A stretch of 64,000 bases of DNA from a virus (IMGVR_UViG_3300028833_000094:1-64000), one strand, 5' to 3'. Shown: positions 28,454 to 37,889, counted from the first letter of the stretch. Notes: generated by a model not told the origin, from the letters alone. Made by a program: numbers and translations.

Positions 28454-29608
28454 CTAAGGATTAGATAGTTCAAGTGAAGGATTTGTTCTTTCTAACTCAA
28501 ATCTTTGGGCACACCTATAGCAACTTTCAAGTCCTGCTGTATCATTATCTTTAGGTAATTCCTTAAAGGTACTTGTAGCACCATCAAAGAATAGGCTGCA
28601 GATATCACCGTTAGCTCCATAATCCCTATCTTCAAGAACTTCCAGGAATCTTGCATAGTCTTTCAGCTTTTCTATATTGTACCTGTTATATTCCTTTTTC
28701 TTGAACTTAAAAGGACTATATAATCCTAAGACAAGATTAGCATCCCTGGAGGTTGTCTTACAATCTCCTAATCCATCAGAGGTAGGTCTCATCCTATCTA
28801 ACTTGATATTCTCAATACCTTCCTGAGCCTGAGCCTGATGCTGAATCAAGACAAAAATATAATTTAACTGCTTTCTTAAGGTTATTCCGTACTTTGACAT
28901 CTTCTCAATAGCAAGAGCCTTAGTCTCTGCGCCTTTCTCAGGCATCAGATTAGCAGCATTATCCAATATGATTATCCTGAACTCATCCTCATCATTCTGA
29001 GTATAAGGCTTAATGGGGTCAATCTTCTTTCTTTCCTCCATCTCACCCGTCACTTCATTCATCTCAGATACAGTGATATAGTTCATGTGACCATGAGCCA
29101 TTGCTTCTTCACGACATTTTTTGTTGATTCCTGTAGGATTCTTCACAGTATCTTCAAATTCAACCATCTCTTCAAAGGCACGAATATATTTCTGATGCCT
29201 TTCATCATTCAGCAGTTCATCAATCTCAGCAGGATATGCCTTATCCACACCCCTTATATCACGGGGAGATATCCTTATACCATCAAGTTTAAATAAAAGA
29301 TGGCATAGAAATTCATTATACTTCTCATCTGCACCCATCTCCAAGGAGAAATACAAAACCTTCACCTTCAGGTTTTTCTCTGGGTAATCTACCATTGTAA
29401 ACAATGGGTCATACATAAAGAGATAATCAGACAGTTTTGACTTTCCCACTTTTTGATTTGCGGTAATAATAATATATTTACCCTGTTCAAATCCTGGGAA
29501 TACTTCCCTGAATCTCTTAAAAGGAATGGGAAGGCAGTTTAACTTACCTTCAAGAATTCTTTGTCTTCTCGCCTGATTCTTGGCTTGTACTTCTTCAAAT
29601 TTACTCAT
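28454..29608 (-). CDS. dnaB: DnaB-like SF4 replicative helicase
   Basis: ANQKVGKS, YFSLEM, IILDN, IQHQ, DANLVLGL. Confidence 0.9.
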   Translation of the reverse strand: MSKFEEVQAKNQARRQRILEGKLNCLPIPFKRFREVFPGFEQGKYIIITANQKVGKSKLSDYLFMYDPLFTMVDYPEKNLKVKVLYFSLEMGADEKYNEFLCHLLFKLDGIRISPRDIRGVDKAYPAEIDELLNDERHQKYIRAFEEMVEFEDTVKNPTGINKKCREEAMAHGHMNYITVSEMNEVTGEMEERKKIDPIKPYTQNDEDEFRIIILDNAANLMPEKGAETKALAIEKMSKYGITLRKQLNYIFVLIQHQAQAQEGIENIKLDRMRPTSDGLGDCKTTSRDANLVLGLYSPFKFKKKEYNRYNIEKLKDYARFLEVLEDRDYGANGDICSLFFDGATSTFKELPKDNDTAGLESCYRCAQRFELERTNPSLELSNP

Positions 29609-30213
29609 ACCATTCTAACTGTCCAATCATCATTATTATCCTCCTCTTCCTCGCTCCCCTTATTCTCAAGGAAAGTAGCAAGGTCAGAGATTTGCTCTAC
29701 ATGTCCTGTGCCATCTTCTGAAGGACGGATATCATCCTTTAAAATAAAATACTTGATAAGACGCATATTGGCATAGTTACCTCTGAAAGAAGCAACATAT
29801 CTACGGGTAGCATCAAGTATATCTTCATCGGAATAATTACCAAAGATAAGGAAGAACTTCTTCAGTTTCTTTACCACCTCAGCATTATTGCAACGATAAT
29901 AATAAGGTGTAACCTGTCCTGTACGGCTTCTCATCTTACCCTGGGGATATATTTCCCTCATCTTCTTGGCAAGATTAAGCAGCCTTTCCTCATCCTGTTC
30001 TCCAGAAGAGTCACAGAGAATCTCATCAAGTACTTCAGACCAGTGCTGGGTTACCAGAGGATTTCCATCCTTCATTACCAGTACTTCCCTGTCCTTAAGA
30101 TTCTTGATGATTTCCCTGGGTTTCTTAACCTGCCTGAACATAAGAGCCACCAGAAATTCTTCCAGTGTCAACTTATGTTTCAAGCAGATTTTCTCATCAA
30201 AGGCTATCTTCAT
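29605..30213 (-). CDS. Conserved replication-block protein (possible initiator/helicase loader)
   Basis: Coupled to dnaB by ATGA overlap; function inferred from position only. Confidence 0.6.
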   Translation of the reverse strand: MKIAFDEKICLKHKLTLEEFLVALMFRQVKKPREIIKNLKDREVLVMKDGNPLVTQHWSEVLDEILCDSSGEQDEERLLNLAKKMREIYPQGKMRSRTGQVTPYYYRCNNAEVVKKLKKFFLIFGNYSDEDILDATRRYVASFRGNYANMRLIKYFILKDDIRPSEDGTGHVEQISDLATFLENKGSEEEEDNNDDWTVRMV

Positions 30214-30500
30214 CTGATTTTTGCTTTCTTCATTACATATTCATAGTATTCCTTCATCCATTCACCAGAGTTCTCATGTTGCCATTCAACTCCAGTATAC
30301 AGATAGCAGTAACTGCTCTTATCACCTTTGTGATAGCCTCTCCATACCTTGTCACTACTCTTACCTCTGAGTTTTGACTCAATGTATTCCTTAGCAGCAG
30401 TACGAGTCTTAAAGAACTCTTTAGCCACTAATTCAAATTTGTCTTCCAAATCACCCTTGACCCAATCTTTGTCATGGTGATAAACTTCTACTTGGTACAT
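30210..30500 (-). CDS. Hypothetical protein
   Basis: 96-aa ORF, overlap-coupled. Confidence 0.65.
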   Translation of the reverse strand: MYQVEVYHHDKDWVKGDLEDKFELVAKEFFKTRTAAKEYIESKLRGKSSDKVWRGYHKGDKSSYCYLYTGVEWQHENSGEWMKEYYEYVMKKAKIR

Positions 30501-30676
30501 GATATAATTATTTAAGTTTTAAATACTCATCTGCTGCCTGTTCCAATCTCTTGGCATGTTCCAGAGGGAACTGGCAATCATAGTCTTTAGCATCAAATCT
30601 AAGACTAGCTGCAATACTTTTTACAGTCATAGCAAGTATCCTTGCACATCCTAACTTTTCTTTTTGTGTCATAGCT

Positions 30677-30889
30677 CTATGATAATCCTATAAATTTCTG
30701 ACCTACATCTATACCATCAGCATCAAATTTACTAATAAAGCCATTTCCTTTACATTCAGAAGATGACTCTACAACCGTTAATTCCTTAACTTCATTTATA
30801 GGATTATAGCTCCATTCACAATCCCACAATAATATTTCCAGGTCTTCAGGCAAAGCCTTTAATTGTTCAATTAATTCTCGATTTTTCAT
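30677..30889 (-). CDS. Hypothetical protein
   Basis: MKNRELIEQLKALPEDLEI N-terminus common in phage small proteins. Confidence 0.65.
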   Translation of the reverse strand: MKNRELIEQLKALPEDLEILLWDCEWSYNPINEVKELTVVESSSECKGNGFISKFDADGIDVGQKFIGLS

Positions 30890-32076
30890 ATTTCATTTAC
30901 TGAATGTATTACTTTTATATAATCCTTATTAAAATTTTCTGATAGTTTCTCGATAAGTTCCTGCTCTCTGGTATTTTCATAATAGGGAATAATAATTACA
31001 GGATGCTTATGACGAAGACTTCTGCCAAGACGCTGATAGGTAACAATATCAGATGATGACAGATTACACATAATGGCATACTTACAATCTACAAGATTGG
31101 CATTCTCATTGAGGATATTTACTGCTGTGATGTGATCAATCTTCTTTGAATTGAAATTATTGTAGATTTTTGCAGCATTTTTGTTCTGAGAGTGTATGCA
31201 GTTCTTGCCAAGCTGCTCTGTCTGAGCAATGGTATTACAGAAAGTTATAGTACGCTCTTTATCCAAATGCTTTAGAATCATCTTTACCCAAGGAAGTTTG
31301 CAATCAGCAAGAAATTTAAGTCTTATACCACAATACCTGAGCCAAGTTTGTCTCATTCTTGGATTGCCATTTTTAACTTTATCCTTGCCCCATTCCACCA
31401 ACTTATTAATTTCTATAAGTTTTTGCTTTTGAGTACATTTTAGAATGGCATGTCTGTTTTCCTTCCTACATTTCCATTTGTCTTTATACTCTCCATAGAA
31501 AATAGGCCCTCCTGCCTTAGGATTAATCTCTATAGTCTCAGACATCCTTGAGTTCTCTATCTGAAGAGGAAAGAGTAGGATAGTGGGCTCTGGCAATACT
31601 TCAGAATCAATGGCTTCAATAATGTCACAGGAGACTACCTGAGCATGATAATGATACTTGAACCATTGCTTTATCCTCAATGGGATAGTAGCACTCAGTC
31701 CTATCATATATCCGTAATGGACAGTTTTCAAGGCATCTATCCTAAGTTCACTGCCTATATGGTGGCATTCATCCATCAGGACAAAGTCAAAGGATTCTGA
31801 AGTATGCTTATGGAGAGACTCATAGCATTCCATAGTGACATCACATTTGATGCCTCCCCACTTCTTGAATTCATCTCTCCATGTTTGTTTATGTACTTTC
31901 TTTGCTACCAGAAGAAGCATCTTAGGCTTGTGGTCTTTATAGACAGCATCAGTGATCCAATTGACTAGGTCTATGGAAATCTTAGACTTCCCAAGTCCAG
32001 TCGCGGCTTCTAATAGTAGCACATTACTTTTGGTTAGTGCCGTTACACAAGCACTATAGATTTCTTCTCTTGTCAT
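30886..32076 (-). CDS. SF2 helicase
   Basis: AATGLGKS, DECH, GLSAT, QRLGRSLR. Confidence 0.9.
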   Translation of the reverse strand: MTREEIYSACVTALTKSNVLLLEAATGLGKSKISIDLVNWITDAVYKDHKPKMLLLVAKKVHKQTWRDEFKKWGGIKCDVTMECYESLHKHTSESFDFVLMDECHHIGSELRIDALKTVHYGYMIGLSATIPLRIKQWFKYHYHAQVVSCDIIEAIDSEVLPEPTILLFPLQIENSRMSETIEINPKAGGPIFYGEYKDKWKCRKENRHAILKCTQKQKLIEINKLVEWGKDKVKNGNPRMRQTWLRYCGIRLKFLADCKLPWVKMILKHLDKERTITFCNTIAQTEQLGKNCIHSQNKNAAKIYNNFNSKKIDHITAVNILNENANLVDCKYAIMCNLSSSDIVTYQRLGRSLRHKHPVIIIPYYENTREQELIEKLSENFNKDYIKVIHSVNEI

Positions 32077-32079
32077 AAT

Positions 32080-32460
32080 TTAATCTTCTTCTGTACCATA
32101 TCTAATGCATAAGATATAATCATCAAGATGCTTTTTTAGAATATGTCCAGGTATCTTACACCCTTGTAATATTCTCAATAGCTTTCTTCCTAAAACAGAT
32201 GATTCATCTTCATACCTAAAATCTTCATCAATACTTTTGGTAAATCCAAGGAATGGTAAGATGATGGAGATAGTAATATAGTCATCATCATCTATGAAGT
32301 TACACTCAATTTCTACAATAGGAAGGATAGAGGTAAAAGGACTTTCAAGTATTCCACTATATCCTACATATTTGTCAATATCATGAGGATCTTTCAACTT
32401 TACATAGTCTTGGTCCTTATATATTACATTGAGAAGTTTTTCAATTTTCTTTTGTTCCAT
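32080..32460 (-). CDS. Hypothetical protein
   Basis: 126-aa ORF. Confidence 0.65.
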   Translation of the reverse strand: MEQKKIEKLLNVIYKDQDYVKLKDPHDIDKYVGYSGILESPFTSILPIVEIECNFIDDDDYITISIILPFLGFTKSIDEDFRYEDESSVLGRKLLRILQGCKIPGHILKKHLDDYILCIRYGTEED

Positions 32461-32524
32461 AATTTAACTATACCAAATTTCTGGAAGTTCTGAGTCATCA
32501 TAGAATGATGACCTGCTGTAAAGA

Positions 32525-32758
32525 TTAAGCCACATCTTCATGGGCTTCCATACTTGAGAGATAACTGTCTGCTTCCTGACTCAGGAGATAATCCAAAGCA
32601 TCTTGCTCTGTCATCTCATCCTGGAGAGTCTTTGTAATCAGACAATTCAGTTCATAGATACATTCTCCAAGAGCATCCCTGTAGGGCAGAGGATGGGTAG
32701 TGTTACCCATACGCTCTGTCCACTGAGATATAAGTTTTTGCAAATCGGTAATCATCAT
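32525..32758 (-). CDS. Hypothetical protein
   Basis: 77-aa ORF, overlap-coupled. Confidence 0.65.
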   Translation of the reverse strand: MMITDLQKLISQWTERMGNTTHPLPYRDALGECIYELNCLITKTLQDEMTEQDALDYLLSQEADSYLSSMEAHEDVA

Positions 32759-33069
32759 AATCCTCTGATAACATTCAATAATCTGCGCCAGATAGATGAG
32801 TTACTGTGTACACCCATACCATTCTTACGGTTCTTAGATACATGCTTTGCTGAAGCAGTAAAGAAGCAGAGGGATTCAGGTTTCTTGGACAACACTGTAT
32901 ACCAGTGAGCCTGTACAGCCTGAGGAGTGCGCTGATATCCTGCATCATTGAGATGCTCAGACACCATCATGAAACACCTGTGAAGATTGTAGGGAGAGTT
33001 CTTCACATAGCGGAGTAACACTTGGTCTTCTTCAAAAGACCATCTTCTTTGATTTCTTCTTCTTTCCAT
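32755..33069 (-). CDS. Myb/SANT-like helix-turn-helix protein
   Basis: RRWSFEEDQVLL...RTPQAVQAHWY. Confidence 0.65.
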   Translation of the reverse strand: MERRRNQRRWSFEEDQVLLRYVKNSPYNLHRCFMMVSEHLNDAGYQRTPQAVQAHWYTVLSKKPESLCFFTASAKHVSKNRKNGMGVHSNSSIWRRLLNVIRGL

Positions 33070-33471
33070 TTTAATTATTTAAAAAATTAAACACTAAGTT
33101 TAAAAGAAATCCTACCCAGTCATCACGACTGAATAGGATAAGGTGTAAGAAAAAATGTATAAAGAAATATTGAACCACGATTTACAACATTTTCTTACTA
33201 AAATGCACGTATTTAAATATAACAAAAAACCCTTTACACCGCTGTGTTTCAGGTGCAAATATATATATAAAGAATTTATGATTAACTGAGTTAAGGAACG
33301 TGCTTAGACTATCTAAAAGAAAAACCCCAATGCCAGAAAGACCTGACACTGGGGAATAAAAACAAAATGACAAAGACTAAAAGTCTTTTAATTTACCAAC
33401 AATGTAATTGCCGATAGCAGCACCTATGATGATGGCTGCTGCAGCGAAAAGTACTGAAAAGAGAATGATTT

Positions 33472-33708
33472 TCATTGCTTATAGTAGCCTATATAGTTTT
33501 CATACTTAGGATTAGATGCAGAAAAGAAGCATCTTGCCATAATCTGAGCATTGGAATGATAGGATTTCTTCTTTCTCTGAGCCTTAATCTGGTTACTGAC
33601 CAGACGTTTCATTACTGGATTAAGTTCTGTACGGAAGGCTAAGAAGCACTTACCATTAAGTTCCAATTCTTTTTGAATGTCTTGGATTGCTAAATCTTTT
33701 GCTGACAT
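33472..33708 (-). CDS. Hypothetical basic protein
   Basis: 78 aa, preceded by AACCCTTTA motif. Confidence 0.65.
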   Translation of the reverse strand: MSAKDLAIQDIQKELELNGKCFLAFRTELNPVMKRLVSNQIKAQRKKKSYHSNAQIMARCFFSASNPKYENYIGYYKQ

Positions 33709-33854
33709 AATGTTAAATTTTAAAGGGTTTATAATTAAGTGAACTAAAATGCTGTATGAGAGGGTCAGATAAAAAAGAAGGAGAAGGAGAAGAAAGGAAT
33801 AATAATCCCTTCTTGCTCCCGCTCCTTATCTAACCCTTTAAATAACAATAATTG

Positions 33855-33993
33855 TGGGAATCAGGAGAATCGAACTCCTGTATAAGACCTACACAGTCCC
33901 TTCAGCTCAAGAAAACTTTTAAAGAGGCAGGACTGCTGTGACCTGCATTTCATACTTTTCTTGATTCAGTGTCTTATGCCACCGAGGATTCCC
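33855..33993 (-). ncRNA. tRNA-like RNA (139 nt) with a large structured insert replacing the anticodon loop
   Basis: Perfect acceptor GGGAATC/GATTCCC-A, canonical T-arm AGGAG-TTCGATT-CTCCT, ATAAGAC/GTCTTAT helix; 14 nt downstream of tRNA-Arg. Confidence 0.7.
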
Positions 33994-34007
33994 TTATAAA
34001 AATGGAG

Positions 34008-34079
34008 TAGTCCCAATGAGAATCGAACTCATATCTACTCTTTAGGAGAGAGTTATTCTATCCATTGAACTATGAGACC
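34008..34079 (-). tRNA. tRNA-Arg(CCT)
   Basis: GGTCTCA acceptor, TAGTTCAATGGATAGAATA D-arm, ACTCT-CTCCTAA-AGAGT anticodon arm, GTTCGATTC T-loop. Confidence 0.93.
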
Positions 34080-34459
34080 ATTTGCCCCACCGCTGTAGGG
34101 CTTTACTGCAATTTGTGAAATATGAAAAACTAAACCAATCGAAATTTAAATCAAGAAATATATGGCTGAAAATAATAATAAATTGCAGTAAGATGCCTTA
34201 TCTATTTTCACAAATAGAATAGGCTGGATAATTACACATATAAATGAAAAACACTTAAAGTTAGTCCTCAGCCTACTTATCACAAGCAAGCTGATGAATT
34301 TCGATTCAAGAAAACGCCTTAATCTATACTATTCTATACTCATTCAGTAATTTAGGTTTCAGTTGGTATCTATCATTTGTATTAAAGGACTCCAACTTAG
34401 AATCATCTTCATCAAAGTCCATCCATTCAGTCCATTGTTTACCTTTTGGACCCATATAT

Positions 34460-34738
34460 TCATATCTTTTCTGTATCATTGCTTAATACATTATAGATTC
34501 TGATTAAATCTTTCTTATGCATATCATCAAATTCAACTGGCTCATTGAAGCCTTGAATATTGAAGTAGATAATTCCTTCAGAAGGAATCTGAAAAGCACC
34601 AGTCACTATAGGCATCTGAAGAGAACTGAGTCCCATTGCCTGCTCTTCGCCTATAACTATATTACAATGCATAGGCTTTTCTTCACAAGTATCCATCAGG
34701 ATAGCAGATAACTTGTGTCTTAGTTGTTCTTTTGTCAT
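34460..34738 (-). CDS. Hypothetical protein
   Basis: 92 aa, preceded by AACCCTTTA motif. Confidence 0.7.
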   Translation of the reverse strand: MTKEQLRHKLSAILMDTCEEKPMHCNIVIGEEQAMGLSSLQMPIVTGAFQIPSEGIIYFNIQGFNEPVEFDDMHKKDLIRIYNVLSNDTEKI

Positions 34739-35424
34739 AATCTTAAAGGGTTAAAGTAGAGTAAAAAGGAAGGAGGACAGCCTAAGGAGATGCTATAATA
34801 AGCATGACTGTCCTTATCCTTCCAGAGAGACTTACTCCTTGTATTTCTTAAAGTAAAAGGAAAGGCAATTGCAAGGCTAAAGTACTTTCATTAATTAATA
34901 AGGGAAGTAAGCCTTGCTTGAGCCTTTCTTGGTTATATATCATTTTCCAGTTAATTGAGAAGTTATACTTTATACCAATGTATTTTGATTCGTATAAGGA
35001 CTCTATTGAGGGGAAATAGATTTGTCTTTTTGTAATAATTCCGTAAAAGGAAAACCAAAAATGAGATTTTCAGGAAATGAAAAGCCCCAAAATACCTTAG
35101 AAATAAGTATATGATATCTATATAGTGTGTAGATAAGGTGAGTGAAAAGTGTTATAGATTATGTGAATATTGAAGATTTGAGAGTCTTGAAAATAATGGT
35201 AAAGTGAGAGGGGAGGGTATTTTGTGTCCTTTTCCTCCACTAAATCATTTAATCTATATTACAAATAGACCATAATATGTTCTTTTTGTACGATTTCAAT
35301 ATTTATCATCTTTTTCTTATTTACACCTTATTATATATATAGAGGGCTAAGTCGATTGTCCCAAGGGCAAAAAATAAAATAAACAGTGGAATTAAGACCT
35401 TGAGGTAAGTCGCAAGGACCCTGA

Positions 35425-35465
35425 GAAAAAAATATAAAGGGGGTGGACATAGCCACTCCCCTTAT
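35425..35465 (-). terminator. Intrinsic terminator
   Basis: TAAGGGGAGTGG...CCACCCCCTTTA hairpin then T-run on minus strand. Confidence 0.7.
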
Positions 35466-35485
35466 TGAAGTCAATCTACAAAGAC

Positions 35486-35887
35486 TTATCCACGCTTTGC
35501 CAGATACTCTTTCTTGGCATCTTCAGACTCCCATACATCATATCTCACAATGCTGGGCTGACCTGCCTTCTTCAGTTCCTGACCAAAGATGAGATTAATC
35601 TTAATCTTGTCACCTTCGTCATAACCATTCTGGACAGCCTTACCAGCCTTCAACTCAATGCTGGAACCATCCTTAAAGGGAATTGTAAGACGCAGAGATG
35701 TAGAACCATCACTGAACTCTGCAGAAGTAACTTCTGCTTCATCACCCTGGATGTCCTTGTAATTGAACATCTCTGTTGCTTCGCAGATTTCTTCAAGGGT
35801 AAATGCATCACCTGTGGGAACCCACTCTGACTTGTTGAACACTGAGTTGTTTGCTACTGCCAGGAAACTTTTGCTAATAGTTGCCAT
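35486..35887 (-). CDS. Acidic beta-rich protein, paralog of 36726..37088
   Basis: MAT start; VFNK..., LRLTIPFKDG...EGDKI aligns with LKMSIPLEDG...EDDEI. Confidence 0.75.
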   Translation of the reverse strand: MATISKSFLAVANNSVFNKSEWVPTGDAFTLEEICEATEMFNYKDIQGDEAEVTSAEFSDGSTSLRLTIPFKDGSSIELKAGKAVQNGYDEGDKIKINLIFGQELKKAGQPSIVRYDVWESEDAKKEYLAKRG

Positions 35888-36074
35888 AATCTTTAAACTT
35901 TAAACTGTTAATAAATAAATGTGAACTGTGTGGGGAGACTAAGTCAAAGACTATCAATCTCCACCAAAAAAGGTAAGACGTGATATTTTGTTAAAGACAA
36001 GGACTATAACTTTAACTAAAGAAAGAAAATAAATAAAAGAAAGAAAGGTATAAATAAGTCGAAAATAAAAATGA

Positions 36075-36126
36075 AAAAATAAAAAAAGGGAAATCTAACC
36101 CCAAGGCCAGACTTCCCTTCTTTTTC
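36075..36126. terminator. Bidirectional-type intrinsic terminator
   Basis: AAGGGAAATCT...AGACTTCCCTT hairpin flanked by A- and T-runs. Confidence 0.6.
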
Positions 36127-36130
36127 TAAG

Positions 36131-36334
36131 TTACCATACTTCTACTACCGAATGATAATATCCATTTGATATTATTCGCCAATTTTCACCTGACTGAGGA
36201 GCCCTCACATCATGCAAAGCTTCCCTTATGCCAGGAGCAAGTGTCCATAAGAAAGTTTCATTAGGAACAATCTTTGCATCTGGATATTTCTCCAGCCATT
36301 TCTCAGGAGAGAAATAATGTTCTATATACACCAT
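36131..36334 (-). CDS. Hypothetical protein
   Basis: 67-aa ORF, packed. Confidence 0.6.
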   Translation of the reverse strand: MVYIEHYFSPEKWLEKYPDAKIVPNETFLWTLAPGIREALHDVRAPQSGENWRIISNGYYHSVVEVW

Positions 36335-36335
36335 A

Positions 36336-36665
36336 TTAATCTAAAATCCAAGTTTTGTTACTGAATATATTATCTTCCCATTCATCAGACAGATGATATG
36401 TTTCCACAGTTACACTATGTAACCATCCATTAATGTTGATATCAGAGGTTATCTGAAGAGTCCTATGATTCTCATCAAGCCATTTTGGATCAGAATATCT
36501 AGCATATCTGCCCATTCTGTTATTAGCAGCCTCATCATAGATACTTTGCATCAACTGCTGAGCAGTCTCTAAATCTTCAACAAGTCTTACAAGAAATGAT
36601 GATTCACTTCCTAACTCATGCTTATGGTGGCATGTAATAACATACCATAATTTCTTTTCTTCCAT
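36336..36665 (-). CDS. Hypothetical protein
   Basis: ATG at 36665 (MEEKKLW) preceded by AACCCTTTA motif. Confidence 0.7.
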   Translation of the reverse strand: MEEKKLWYVITCHHKHELGSESSFLVRLVEDLETAQQLMQSIYDEAANNRMGRYARYSDPKWLDENHRTLQITSDININGWLHSVTVETYHLSDEWEDNIFSNKTWILD

Positions 36666-36725
36666 ATTATTGTATATTAAAGGGTTAGTAAATGCCCTGC
36701 CTGTCACACAGGGCTATATAATATC

Positions 36726-37088
36726 TTAGATACACTCACCTGTTATATATCCATGAGACTTACCCATAGCCTTTTCCACACAGAATTTAACAGTCTTCAG
36801 GTCAATCTCATCATCTTCCTCAAAGTCATTCTCATAGGAGAGGTCAAACTCCCCTTCACCATCCTCCAGAGGGATAGACATCTTCAAGAAGATGCCCCCA
36901 TCCTTACGTTCTTTGGCAATTACTGTAGGATTGCCAGTTACATGAGCAAGTGCAGGGTCAATCAGCTCTGCATACTCACTGAGAGTCAGAGTCATAGACT
37001 CATCAGTTTTCCACTCACGCTTGATATACTGAGCCTTGTTGAACACTTCCTTAAGTTCAGCTACTTTCTTTGCACTAAATGTTGCCAT
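36726..37088 (-). CDS. Acidic beta-rich protein, paralog of 35486..35887
   Basis: See paralog; EDGEGEFDLSYENDFEEDDEID acidic tract. Confidence 0.75.
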   Translation of the reverse strand: MATFSAKKVAELKEVFNKAQYIKREWKTDESMTLTLSEYAELIDPALAHVTGNPTVIAKERKDGGIFLKMSIPLEDGEGEFDLSYENDFEEDDEIDLKTVKFCVEKAMGKSHGYITGECI

Positions 37089-37332
37089 AATACAAAACCT
37101 TCACATACAACTAGGCACAATGATTTAGCCCAGAGCCTCTTAGCGGAAGGTACTGGCTTTTGGTTGTTAATATAAAGGGTTATTGTGTTTCTCAGAGTGT
37201 AGATGTTAAGGGATCAGATGTCCCACTCATCAAGTGCTTCTTCTGGAGTGTATCCATGATCCATACACCAGATTACTTCTGCCTGCAGATTATATTTCTC
37301 TGCTTTAGCAATTGCTTCTTCTCTTGTCATAG

Positions 37333-37662
37333 TTATAACCTGTTGAATTCTTCTAAGTCAAAATTACTGTAGCTCACTTTCCTAAGAGGTTTATTGAACC
37401 ACAGATGCAGCAAATACCAGTTAACCTGGGCTCTCAGTCTCTGCTTTCTGAGATAATCATCAGATACCTCAATGCCTGAGAGAGCCTGATCCATAGCATC
37501 AATATATCTGCCTTCCTCTCTTTTAGCCCTCTCTTTGATGAAGGCATAAAGATCCAACACATCACGCTTGCCTCCTTGTTTTCTGTAATCCTCAAAGGAG
37601 TGGATAAGGATGCTCTCTTCTACTTTACCTTCAAAGAGAACGTTCTGATCTAATACTTGCAT
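37333..37662 (-). CDS. Hypothetical protein
   Basis: Early-region ORF. Confidence 0.65.
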   Translation of the reverse strand: MQVLDQNVLFEGKVEESILIHSFEDYRKQGGKRDVLDLYAFIKERAKREEGRYIDAMDQALSGIEVSDDYLRKQRLRAQVNWYLLHLWFNKPLRKVSYSNFDLEEFNRL

Positions 37663-37691
37663 AATCAATACTCTTTAATCATTGTTATATT

Positions 37692-37889
37692 CTAATCATT
37701 AATAGGAAGATGCTCCGCTCTAGTCTTAAAAACATACTTCACACCTATATTACTCCAGTACTGCTGTGCTTTACGCCCTGCAGTTTGAGCATCTTGTTTG
37801 GTTTTATAAAACTCACCTTCAAGATAATCTTCATATTCAAAGTTACCATTATTGTAGTCAAACTTGAATAATAGTCTATATACTTTCAT
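37692..37889 (-). CDS. Hypothetical protein
   Basis: Early-region ORF, packed. Confidence 0.6.
   Translation of the reverse strand: MKVYRLLFKFDYNNGNFEYEDYLEGEFYKTKQDAQTAGRKAQQYWSNIGVKYVFKTRAEHLPIND

Noticed and set aside
33182-33373. 63-aa minus-strand ORF
   Set aside because: Non-ATG start, overlaps a terminator-like hairpin, low-complexity F/L-rich translation.
33855-33993. tmRNA call for the tRNA-like RNA
   Set aside because: Only 139 nt, G3-C70 rather than G3-U70, and no tag reading frame; kept as an unclassified tRNA mimic.
34291-34316. Hammerhead-like CTGATGA...GAAA on the plus strand
   Set aside because: No stem II between the two core motifs in the required register, no stem III partner, and it is antisense to local transcription.
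37134-37152. Third copy of the AGCG hairpin (AGCCTCTTAGCGGAAGG)
   Set aside because: Opposite strand relative to transcription, imperfect stem, no tRNA-like element downstream; better explained as part of the leader of 36726..37088.
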